NCBI GenBank assembly: GCA_964480565.1
Contig: CAYZSU010000003.1
Coordinates: 1,415 to 65,414, forward strand
DNA from: an uncultured Myxococcales bacterium
Lineage (GTDB): Bacteria; UBA10199; 2-02-FULL-44-16; JAAZCA01
DNA: 64,000 bases
Reading direction: 5' to 3'
Shown: positions 17,001-25,460 of the stretch, in pieces
Layout of the letters: each line of letters starts with the position of its first letter
How positions within the stretch are numbered: the first letter of the stretch is position 1
Position numbers and translations under genes: made by a program
The notes under the pieces: generated by a model
What the model was told of the DNA's origin: nothing
Databases searched by the model: none
Seen by the model: the letters and a program-made list of their open reading frames with translations, nothing else

Positions 17001-19911
17001 TGAAATAAGGGCCTGGGTTTCCGGCAAAGGCCATGTGTTGTGGCATACCCCTGATGATAACTCACTGCAAATTATTCCAGAAAAAACGGATTATAATATT
17101 GGTGATAAAGCGCGTTATCTGATTAAGAATCCGTATCCAGGTGCGAAGGCCTTGATAACCATTGAGCGCTATGGCGTAATCAAGTCGTGGGTGCAAACGT
17201 TAAATGAAAGTACTTCGGTGATTGAATTTGAAGTTGAAAAAAACTTTATGCCAGGATTTTACTTATCTGTGATTGTCATGTCGCCGCGTATTGACACATC
17301 ATTACCAAAAATGGGGCAGGTTGACCTTAGTAAGCCAACGTTTAAAGTTGGCTATGTGAAAGTGCCGGTAAAAGATCCTTATAAGCAGATTGATGTATCG
17401 ATCCAAACCGATGCTGCAGTGTATAAACCGCGTGATAAGGTAACTGCGACCATTCATGTACAGCCTAAACATAAGAATAATAATGAAGACGATATTGAGA
17501 TTGCAGTAGTTGTGCTCGATGAAGCTGTATTGGATTTGATAGAGGGAGGGCAATCATATTTTGATCCGTATGAGGGCTTTTACAAACTCGATGAATTGGA
17601 TTTAGTGAATTACAGCTTATTAACGCGCCTGATTGGTCAACAGAAGTTTGCTAAAAAAGGTGCCAATCCGGGCGGTGATGGTGGGGTGAATATCAGTATG
17701 CGATCACTGTTTAAATATGTCAGTTATTGGAATCCGTCCATAAAACCAAATAAAAATGGCAATGCGATGATTAGCTTTAATGCGCCGGATAATTTGACGG
17801 GTTGGCGGGTGCTTGCTTTTGCAGTAACTCCTTCTGACCGTATGGGACTTGGCGCTACCAATTTTAAAGTGAATCGCTCTACTGAAATTCGTCCAGTCAT
17901 GCCCAATCAAATCACGCAAGGGGATGTATTTCAGGCGGGGTTTAGCGTGATGAACCGTACTGATAAACCAAGGGATATAACGGTAACTATTGATGCAAAG
18001 GGGCATATTCAACCCACGAATGTATTTTCAAAAACTATTCACTTGGAACCTTATAAACGTCAAACAGTATATATGCCTGTTTCATCCGCTCATTTGCCAC
18101 AGAGTAGAGATATTAATGCGGGTGCGATTCATTTTTCTGTCAAGGCATTGGATGCTATGGATGGTGATGGAATTGAACACATTATACCCATTCACAAGCA
18201 ACATTTACTGGAATCCGTTGTAAATTATGGCACAACAACAAAGGATAAGGTGTCCGAATCGCTTCATTTTCCAAAAAATATACATACTGATATTGGTGAT
18301 GTATCCATGGTTTTGTCCCCATCGGTGATAGGCAGTGTGGATGGTGCATTTCAATATATTCGTGATTATCCGTATACCTGCTGGGAACAGAAATTGTCCA
18401 AAGGAGTGATGGCCTTGCATTATCAGAATTTAAAGGGATATCTTTCTGATGATTTAAAATGGGAAGAAAGTAAATCTCTGTCAAATGATATCTTAATGCA
18501 AGCGGCTAATTATCAAGCGCCCAATGGTGGAATGGCGTACTTTATTTCGCAGGATCAATATGTCAGTCCGTATTTAAGTGCTTATACAGCGCTTGCATTT
18601 AATTGGCTGCACGAGAGGCATCATGATGTACCCGAAGCTGTTGAGTCCAAATTACACGCCTACCTTGAGCGTTTGCTGAAAAAAGATGTGATGCCAATGT
18701 TTTATTCACGGGGTATATCTTCTACTGTCCGATCCATAGCGCTTTTTGCACTGGCTAAACATGGAAAAGTATCACTAAGTGATTTAGAGCGCTATCGTTC
18801 CCATATTCAATACATGAGCTTGTTCGGTAAATCGCATTATCTCCAAGCTGCATTGGAAGTAAATGGCGCAGAAGTGATTGCCAAAGAAGTTATGGACATG
18901 ATTCTTGCACATTCCAATCAATCAGGTGGTAAATTCAGTTTCAAGGAAGAATTAGACGATAGCTATACACGTATTATTGCGACATCACTTCGAGCAAATT
19001 GTGGAATATTATCCGCTATGACAAGCTATGCTGAAAACAACATTGGTGCATCTGTGGAGCATGATATACCTTTTAAGTTAATGCGTCATATTGTACAAAA
19101 ACGAGGTAATCGAGAGCATTGGAAAAATACACAAGAAAATATTTTTTGCATGAACAGTCTGGTTGACTATGCGCGTATTTATGAAAATATAAAACCGACT
19201 ATGCGCGTGTCAGCGACTCTGAATGGAAGTGAGTTTGGAAAAACTAATTTCAATGATTTGCATGATGATTCGGTGACATTTAGTCGGTCCATTACTGCAG
19301 ATGATCCTGGCACACATCAATCCATCACTTTGTCGCGAAAAGGAAATGGCCGGCTCTACTATGCTGCACGTATGAACTATAGCTTGCTAGAGGAATCTGC
19401 AAATCGTCTGAATGCTGGGATTGATATTCGTAAGGAATATAGTGTTGAACGAAATGGCGAGTGGATTCTATTGGGCAATCCGAATGAGATCAGTCTTGGA
19501 GAATTGGTGCGAGTTGATATTTATGTGTCATTGCCTGTGGCGCGATATTTTGTTGTTGTGGATGATCCAGTGCCAGGTGGATTGGAGCCGATAAATCGTG
19601 ACCTGGCAACCTCTTCATCCATTGATGCAAATAAGGGGGATTTTCAAGTTGCCGGTGGGGCATGGTGGTTTCAATATGATGATTGGCATTACTTCAGTGG
19701 ATCGCGTTGGAGTTTTTATCATAAGGAAATTAGGTATAATGCGGTGCGTTTTTATTCGGACTATCTTCCTGCAGGTAATTATCATCTATCATATGCTGCG
19801 CAAGCGATTGCTAAAGGGAGTTTCACTAAAATACCAGTACATGCAAAAGAAATGTATGATTCAGATGTATTTGGTAAGGGATTGCCTGGAATGTTGATCG
19901 TAGGTGATTAA
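14017..19911 (+). CDS. Bacterial alpha-2-macroglobulin family protein (YfhM-like, 1964 aa from the ATG at 14017) with an intact thioester motif
   Basis: Size; signal peptide MKLKLILFVLIMLLVQSGVAVFALA; thioester-like YPYTCWEQ (CxEQ); adjacent pbpC; RBS aggag before 14017 (ORF track begins at a TTG at 13981). Confidence 0.8.
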   Translation: MKLKLILFVLIMLLVQSGVAVFALADFNEQKQLKIMRVTPSGKDVSIGQQLVFQYNRPVVPIGRMARNNSDIPVNISPKLNCQWYWINTSALACQLDNKNKMQAATKYTVTMNPGIRAKDGATIDAVYTHSFITQRPQMRYFQFYDWQGPGTPIIRLTFNQSVSRSSVEKYIAFVYRKKGVDNAYITHGITVEKDPNDREDPIYIAVSGSNNSNELIGEEARRRWLISPKKELLLDTRIDLKVTPGLVSALGKEPGVEDRVLITFHTFPEFAFLGVICTTNDDNDILITKENNHKIGKCNPLEHTALSFSTPVVNSQIKNNILIHPNLAGNRNDYDPWANTWDYSQLDRAHKKGMRYNVWLPEYLKAVQTYTLATLPADLDAIDKIKSLFVDIRSSDLEDEFGRVLKEPIDITFFTDHRKPNFELLYRTAVLEKQVNSDLPLYMTNLDRIMLNYKKLTINGVKDSQLFTLDDIPQVEDVQFVVPMHVRDMLENKSGAIYGTVETKPHVEKSPIERVFFASVSPYQLHVKVGHYNTLVWVTDLATGEPVNNAHVQIYKDKVSNLSSSFNALDKGYTNASGLVLLKGMHILNPTLDLFRYWCTDESQNDCDRLFVRADNAGEMAVMPLQEEFELSIYRASNDTIWPRIKRKYGHIHTWGTTAQGVYRAGKTMQYKFYVRDQNNDHYVPAPNKSYTLEIVDPTGKTVHEITDITLSTFGSYSGEYTVPENAAVGWYRFKLSSSFTHYTWQPMRVLVSDFSPESFKVRTSLNGDLFHPGDNVEVSSAAKLYSGGAYTDAEARTTVILRSAYFSSPHPIANEFTFDSYKHQSLKKVFQKIDNVDNKGEISHTFPLPREDIIYGRLTVESAIRDDRGKYIAASATADYIALDRLVGLKHTKWFYEEDKLAQIKYIVVDKYGVPIANTQVLLDINRLQTKVAKVKGAGNVYLTNYIDEWIPSGTCKGMSKVEPLQCDFIPEEPGTYKVTATIKDTKGNAHSTEIRAWVSGKGHVLWHTPDDNSLQIIPEKTDYNIGDKARYLIKNPYPGAKALITIERYGVIKSWVQTLNESTSVIEFEVEKNFMPGFYLSVIVMSPRIDTSLPKMGQVDLSKPTFKVGYVKVPVKDPYKQIDVSIQTDAAVYKPRDKVTATIHVQPKHKNNNEDDIEIAVVVLDEAVLDLIEGGQSYFDPYEGFYKLDELDLVNYSLLTRLIGQQKFAKKGANPGGDGGVNISMRSLFKYVSYWNPSIKPNKNGNAMISFNAPDNLTGWRVLAFAVTPSDRMGLGATNFKVNRSTEIRPVMPNQITQGDVFQAGFSVMNRTDKPRDITVTIDAKGHIQPTNVFSKTIHLEPYKRQTVYMPVSSAHLPQSRDINAGAIHFSVKALDAMDGDGIEHIIPIHKQHLLESVVNYGTTTKDKVSESLHFPKNIHTDIGDVSMVLSPSVIGSVDGAFQYIRDYPYTCWEQKLSKGVMALHYQNLKGYLSDDLKWEESKSLSNDILMQAANYQAPNGGMAYFISQDQYVSPYLSAYTALAFNWLHERHHDVPEAVESKLHAYLERLLKKDVMPMFYSRGISSTVRSIALFALAKHGKVSLSDLERYRSHIQYMSLFGKSHYLQAALEVNGAEVIAKEVMDMILAHSNQSGGKFSFKEELDDSYTRIIATSLRANCGILSAMTSYAENNIGASVEHDIPFKLMRHIVQKRGNREHWKNTQENIFCMNSLVDYARIYENIKPTMRVSATLNGSEFGKTNFNDLHDDSVTFSRSITADDPGTHQSITLSRKGNGRLYYAARMNYSLLEESANRLNAGIDIRKEYSVERNGEWILLGNPNEISLGELVRVDIYVSLPVARYFVVVDDPVPGGLEPINRDLATSSSIDANKGDFQVAGGAWWFQYDDWHYFSGSRWSFYHKEIRYNAVRFYSDYLPAGNYHLSYAAQAIAKGSFTKIPVHAKEMYDSDVFGKGLPGMLIVGD

Positions 19912-20002
19912 CGGGCAATTCTGCAAATGAGGGCAAGCCAGTAATGGCAAATACATAAGAGGATGGTGTTGAATTAAACTTTTTGGCAAATATCGACAAT
20001 GG

Positions 20003-22180
20003 ATGTTTTTTAACAGTTTTGTCACAGTGATGGCTGTTGCGATAGTGACGCTTGCGCTGTACACCTTTTTTAGTTTAAAGCCCACGCCAGAGTCTTTTCA
20101 TGCAGTTCTTTCCAATAGTCATAATATTCAAGTGCTTGATCGACATGGTGAGCCGTTAAATACGACATATCAAAATAATTGGAATATTCATGATATAGTG
20201 GCATTGCATCAAGTGCCAGATTTTTTAAAACATGTGTTTATTATATCTGAAGATAAGCGATTTTATCAGCATTCAGGTGTGGATTGGCTGGCAAGAGGGG
20301 CAGCTCTTTTTGCGAATATAAAGGCCATGCGTGCTGTGCGTGGGGCCAGTACGATTACAGAGCAAGTAGTGCGAATGATTCATCCTCGTCCACGTACTGT
20401 TTGGTCGCGTTGGCTAGAAGGTATGGAAGCCATAGTATTAGAGAATTATTTTAGCAAAGAGAGTTTATTGGAATTTTACCTCAATCAAGTGCCGTATGCG
20501 GCCAATCGTAGAGGTATTGTTCAAAGTGCTCGTTATTATTTTAACCGTGATTTAAACACGCTCAGTAAAAAGGAAATGTTGGCATTGGTGGTTTTAGTTC
20601 GCGCGCCAAGCCGATTGGATTTATGGAAGAATACGGAAAAAATTGAAGCCAGTATTTGTCGGCTTATGGATCAGCTCATTGAAAAAAATATGCTAACTGC
20701 GCAGAATAAAGAAATTATTCTTTCAGAAAACTTTGAATTGGAAACACCACATCTTTTTGTTAATGCAAATGAATTTATAAGGTATGTTAAACATCATTCG
20801 CGCATTCATTTTGCAGGTTGGCCGCATGTGAAAACAACGTTGGACTCAATGCTACAAAACCGCACTCAAACTATGCTGGATAATCGATTGCATTATCTTA
20901 AATCTAAGAAAGTACGAAACGGCGCAGTGCTGGCTGTGGATCACACCACTGGGGAGATTCTTGCGTGGGTTGTTGCAGGGAAAGGATCAAAAGGTACTTT
21001 GGGCAGGTTTATTGATGCAGTTACAGTTCCTCGTCAGCCTGGATCTGCATTAAAGCCATTGCTATATTCGCTTGCATTGAAAAAAGGGTGGTCCGCTGCT
21101 ACGATCATTGATGATGCGCCGCTTGTTGAATCCGTAGGGAATGGTTTACACAGTTATCAAAATTATAGTCGTATCTTCTATGGCCCAGTTACACTTAGGC
21201 AAGCTCTTGCTAATTCACTAAATACCCCAGCAGTCAGGACATTGAAATATGTGGGTGCAGAGAACTACCTCAATTACTTGAATGATTTTGGATTTACAGG
21301 GCTTACCAATCATCCTAATTTTTATGGTGATGGCATTGCCTTGGGAAATGGGGAAGTAACTCTTTATGAATTAGTACAAGCGTATGCAGCGATTGCAAAT
21401 CAAGGGATTTTCAAGCCACTGACCCCATTTTTTAATGATTTAAATGCTATGCCTGCGCACTATAGTTTATCACCGGAAATATCTTCTTTGATCGGACTTA
21501 TTTTATCCGATTCAGAGGCGAGGGCTTTGGAGTTTGGTGAGGACAGTGTTTTGAATTTTGCCGTGCAAACAGCGGTTAAAACAGGCACGTCAAGTGACTA
21601 TAGAGACAGCTGGGCCATTGGTTTTAATTATCGCTATACGGTGGGTGTATGGATGGGAAATTTGGATCAACGGCCAACAGATGGCATTAGCGGTTCTACT
21701 GGGCCTGCATTATTGCTTAGAAGTGTATTTTATGAACTGACCAAACATCAGAAAACAAAGCCACTTTCTGTTCATAATGGTTTAATCACGCATGATTTAT
21801 GTGTGGATACTAAACAACTTAAATCCAATGATAAGGATTGCAAAACCTATACAGAATGGTTTGTGCCAGGTACTGAACCTTCATTTTCTGTAACAAATAT
21901 GAAATATACAGTGCCAATACGTTTGCGCCAGCCAGTAAATGATTTGCATATTGCCTATGATCCGCGCATACCCAAAGAAAGTCAGTCATTTGAATTTTAT
22001 ATTCAGGGTGTGTCTGATGAAGAAACAGTTGTGTGGAATATCAATGGCAAACAGATAATAACTAAAGGAGGGCTTTACTCCTGGCCATTGCAAAAGGGAA
22101 GGCATGAAGTGCATGCAACTGTATGGCATGGGAAACAACGCATTGCTACAATTAATAACACAGTGTTTTGGGTCAGATGA
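20003..22180 (+). CDS. pbpC: Penicillin-binding protein 1C (bifunctional GT51 transglycosylase / transpeptidase)
   Basis: EDKRFYQHSGVDW and GASTITEQ (GT51 motifs); SALKP, SLN, KTGTS (transpeptidase motifs); conserved pairing with alpha-2-macroglobulin. Confidence 0.85.
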   Translation: MFFNSFVTVMAVAIVTLALYTFFSLKPTPESFHAVLSNSHNIQVLDRHGEPLNTTYQNNWNIHDIVALHQVPDFLKHVFIISEDKRFYQHSGVDWLARGAALFANIKAMRAVRGASTITEQVVRMIHPRPRTVWSRWLEGMEAIVLENYFSKESLLEFYLNQVPYAANRRGIVQSARYYFNRDLNTLSKKEMLALVVLVRAPSRLDLWKNTEKIEASICRLMDQLIEKNMLTAQNKEIILSENFELETPHLFVNANEFIRYVKHHSRIHFAGWPHVKTTLDSMLQNRTQTMLDNRLHYLKSKKVRNGAVLAVDHTTGEILAWVVAGKGSKGTLGRFIDAVTVPRQPGSALKPLLYSLALKKGWSAATIIDDAPLVESVGNGLHSYQNYSRIFYGPVTLRQALANSLNTPAVRTLKYVGAENYLNYLNDFGFTGLTNHPNFYGDGIALGNGEVTLYELVQAYAAIANQGIFKPLTPFFNDLNAMPAHYSLSPEISSLIGLILSDSEARALEFGEDSVLNFAVQTAVKTGTSSDYRDSWAIGFNYRYTVGVWMGNLDQRPTDGISGSTGPALLLRSVFYELTKHQKTKPLSVHNGLITHDLCVDTKQLKSNDKDCKTYTEWFVPGTEPSFSVTNMKYTVPIRLRQPVNDLHIAYDPRIPKESQSFEFYIQGVSDEETVVWNINGKQIITKGGLYSWPLQKGRHEVHATVWHGKQRIATINNTVFWVR

Positions 22181-22411
22181 TTTTTCAAATTATAAGTATT
22201 CAGATGGTTTTTAGGTGGAATTTGGCTAACTTAAGTATCATTTGGCGGCATGTACTATGCACCAAATTATAATCGAATTAATAATGTAGATAATCTGCTA
22301 AATTCAACACTAGACATTGCCTTTCGTTAAAGTCCAAACTGGCCCTTTTTTGTCGTATAGTGATTTTATCAGGACTTGAATTCAGAGCTAACTACTGTTA
22401 CTCTGCAGTTC

Positions 22412-24367
22412 ATGAGCTGTGAATCCACAATTGTATCGCATATATTTCCAGACTATCATCGTAGGCATTTATTTGCGGCCAAACTTCGAAGTGTTATTTT
22501 TATTATTACTTGCATGTTATTTGGATTTTTCTTTTATAATGTATTGGAGCAAGTATGGTCCTATGCACTTATTCTTGTGACATGCTATGTAATAACGATT
22601 ATTGCGCGTCAATTTATTATAAAAGACTGCTGGGTTTTATTTTGTTTTTCCATGGCTATTACAGCGGATTTAATTGCGATTACAACCGTTGTGTATTTAT
22701 CCGGTGGTCCATTTAGCTCATATTTTACAATTTATTTGTTCTATATTGTGATTACAGGTGTGTTATACCATTACAGTTTGGCGGTCATATTAAGCATATT
22801 AATTAGTATTATTTATGGTGTTTTTTTAGTCCTATGCCATATGGGGATGATTTCACCGTTAATTCTGTATTATGGAAATTCCTTGCCCATTCCAACCTAT
22901 ACGCCGATTGCGCATTTTGCATTTGTGATTATCTTTTCATTGATTTTAGTATATATTGTTAAAGTTGCTACATTTTTTTCACGCGAATATGAACGTAATT
23001 TGGAATTGAAAAATAAAGAGCTCAGTGCATTATATGAAATCAGTTCGACTATTCGCAGTATTCGTTCAGTCAAGAGTGTCATCAATCAAGTTCTTTCAGG
23101 TGTTGTGAAGGGCTTGGATGTAAAATTGAGCATGTTGATTACAATGCAGGAAAAGGATCTTCTATCCATCAATATAAGCTCGTCAAAGCTGGGGCTCAAT
23201 CAAGTGCAAAGCATGTTAGGAAACCATGAGTGGAATGCCTCAGAATCCAACTCCCTGATTTTATCCCATAGATGGACGCAGTTATCAAATCATCAGACTA
23301 TTCACTGTCATCATTTAAATGAATTATTTAAATCCGATTATAAGATGTTAAATGCTACAATGATTGATGAATTTATTGATACTCATGAAATTTCCAATTT
23401 TATTGCGGCGCCATTGGTTGTAGAGGGGCGTCTTATCGGCGTGCTCATTGGATTTATGGCGCATAGTTTTTTATCCGACGATCAGTTGAGCTCATTTGAA
23501 GCTTTTGCAAACCATGCGGCCATTACAATTGATGCTGCCAGTTCATTGGACCAATTGGCGCAATTAAATGATGAATTGCGCCGAGTGAGTGAGGTAAAAT
23601 CAGAGTTTTTAGCCACGATGAGCCATGAGCTTCGTACGCCTTTAACTGCAATTATTGGGTTTTCTGAGTTATTGGTTGAGGGAGTAATGGGGGATATGAG
23701 CTCTGAACAGATGGAAAGCCTGCATGAAGTGCTTCGTAATGCCAATGATTTATTGGAGCTCATTAATGGGCTTTTGGATTTAACTAAAGTGGAGTCCGGT
23801 CGCATGTCTATGGATTTACAATGTGTCAATATTCAATCCATTATTTCTCGTGTGACTCAAAGCATGATGCCATTATTTCAAAAAAAGAAGCAGCAATTAA
23901 ATGTGAAAATAGAGAGTAATGTGCCATATGCCCTGTTAGATGAACGAAAGATTCAACAAGCATTGATCAATTTAATGGGCAATGCCAATAAATTTGCGCC
24001 AAATGAAGGGCAAGTTAATATTATACTGGATTATTTGGATGCGCTAACCAATATGCCTATGCATGTACAGGAATGGTTGAATAAACAGTGCCATAGTAAC
24101 AGTGATTTTGATCTATGGAAAGGGTTTATTTATGTGCGTGTGCAGGATGATGGCATTGGTATTCCAATCGATGCGCTTGACAATGTATTTGAAATGTTTA
24201 GGCAAGCGGATAGCTCTATTACGCGTAGTTATGGCGGTACAGGGCTGGGTTTAGCGCTTGCTAAACGGTTTATTGAAATGCATCATGGCATGATATGGGC
24301 GGAGAATGTATTGGGCTCTGGTGCATGTTTTTCTGTATTACTGCCTGTTCAGTCCTGTAATCCATAA
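22412..24367 (+). CDS. Sensor histidine kinase with multi-pass N-terminal membrane domain and GAF-like region (start uncertain; ORF track begins at a TTG at 22376)
   Basis: About 6-7 hydrophobic helices; H-box SEFLATMSHELRTPL; HATPase_c G-boxes DDGIGIP...GGTGLGLALAK; no adjacent response regulator. Confidence 0.8.
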   Translation: MSCESTIVSHIFPDYHRRHLFAAKLRSVIFIITCMLFGFFFYNVLEQVWSYALILVTCYVITIIARQFIIKDCWVLFCFSMAITADLIAITTVVYLSGGPFSSYFTIYLFYIVITGVLYHYSLAVILSILISIIYGVFLVLCHMGMISPLILYYGNSLPIPTYTPIAHFAFVIIFSLILVYIVKVATFFSREYERNLELKNKELSALYEISSTIRSIRSVKSVINQVLSGVVKGLDVKLSMLITMQEKDLLSINISSSKLGLNQVQSMLGNHEWNASESNSLILSHRWTQLSNHQTIHCHHLNELFKSDYKMLNATMIDEFIDTHEISNFIAAPLVVEGRLIGVLIGFMAHSFLSDDQLSSFEAFANHAAITIDAASSLDQLAQLNDELRRVSEVKSEFLATMSHELRTPLTAIIGFSELLVEGVMGDMSSEQMESLHEVLRNANDLLELINGLLDLTKVESGRMSMDLQCVNIQSIISRVTQSMMPLFQKKKQQLNVKIESNVPYALLDERKIQQALINLMGNANKFAPNEGQVNIILDYLDALTNMPMHVQEWLNKQCHSNSDFDLWKGFIYVRVQDDGIGIPIDALDNVFEMFRQADSSITRSYGGTGLGLALAKRFIEMHHGMIWAENVLGSGACFSVLLPVQSCNP

Positions 24368-24446
24368 GCAGTTGTATGAATAATTTGTTTTTCATTTTTA
24401 TTCATCAGCTAAATGTGTATAATTGGGCCTCAAGGAGAGGTACTGG

Positions 24447-25460
24447 ATGACCGTATCATTTCGTCAATATGGGTGGATTATCGATGCTGCGGTTATTGTG
24501 ATCAGTGCTTTTTTTTTAGCTAAAATAACAAATGTATACTTGGGTCAGTTTTTTGAGGTGAAACGCTCTATTGGTGTGCTTACGAGTGCATCACTAAATA
24601 CATTTAGCAGCAATCATCATGTGGCATCTGATTATATGGATACTGTCAAACGAAATGTATTTGATTCCAGTGTTCAAGAAATTATACCCGAGGCATCCAG
24701 TGATGTAGAAAAAAAAGATACCTCTTCTGTTGTTGAAATAGATCCAATGGATCAAACACCTGTAGAAACATCGTTGAGTCTTAATATCGTATCTGTGCTT
24801 GTGGTTGGAATTGGCAAAGATTCACGCTCATCTGTAACAATTGGCGGTGGTGGTGGCAGTCGTCGTCAATCCAAGAAAAAAAGTCGAGGTAGATCGAAAA
24901 ATAAAGTCTATGCCGTTGGTGTGGAAGGGGATGAGAGCTTTGCGCCAAGCACAAAACTATTGCAGGTTTTGCCTAGACGCATTATCTTCTTAAACAATAA
25001 TCGTTTGGAATATGCGGAATTTGATCCAATAGGCGAGAGTAATATTTTTGGTCCACCCAAATATGATGATAAAGAGAGCACAGCATCAACGCAAACTCCT
25101 TCAAAAAAGAAGGCGGAGGATTCAGCTACTATTTTAGAATCAGGAAATAAGTTTACTGTGGATCGCCGTGAGCTGGATAGTGCATTGGGTGATATGAATA
25201 AGCTGCTTACACAGATCCGTGCTGTTCCGATTTTCAAAAATGGTAAGATGGATGGGTTGAAAGTAATGAGCGTGCAGCGAAGTTCTATTTTTTCACGTTT
25301 GGGTTTAAAGCGCGGAGATATTTTAAAACAAATCAATGGTCAGGAATTAAATATTGCACAGGGAATGCAGATGTTTAACCAATTAAAAAGCAGTGATAGC
25401 ATTTCATTGGATTTAATCAGAAAAGGTCAACCCACAACACTAGATTATGATATACGATAA
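24447..25460 (+). CDS. gspC: Type II secretion system protein C (GspC-like: N-terminal TM, C-terminal PDZ)
   Basis: TM helix WIIDAAVIVISAFFLAKI; C-terminal PDZ-like GLKRGDILKQINGQEL; sits immediately upstream of gspD; RBS aggagagg before ATG 24447. Confidence 0.65.
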   Translation: MTVSFRQYGWIIDAAVIVISAFFLAKITNVYLGQFFEVKRSIGVLTSASLNTFSSNHHVASDYMDTVKRNVFDSSVQEIIPEASSDVEKKDTSSVVEIDPMDQTPVETSLSLNIVSVLVVGIGKDSRSSVTIGGGGGSRRQSKKKSRGRSKNKVYAVGVEGDESFAPSTKLLQVLPRRIIFLNNNRLEYAEFDPIGESNIFGPPKYDDKESTASTQTPSKKKAEDSATILESGNKFTVDRRELDSALGDMNKLLTQIRAVPIFKNGKMDGLKVMSVQRSSIFSRLGLKRGDILKQINGQELNIAQGMQMFNQLKSSDSISLDLIRKGQPTTLDYDIR

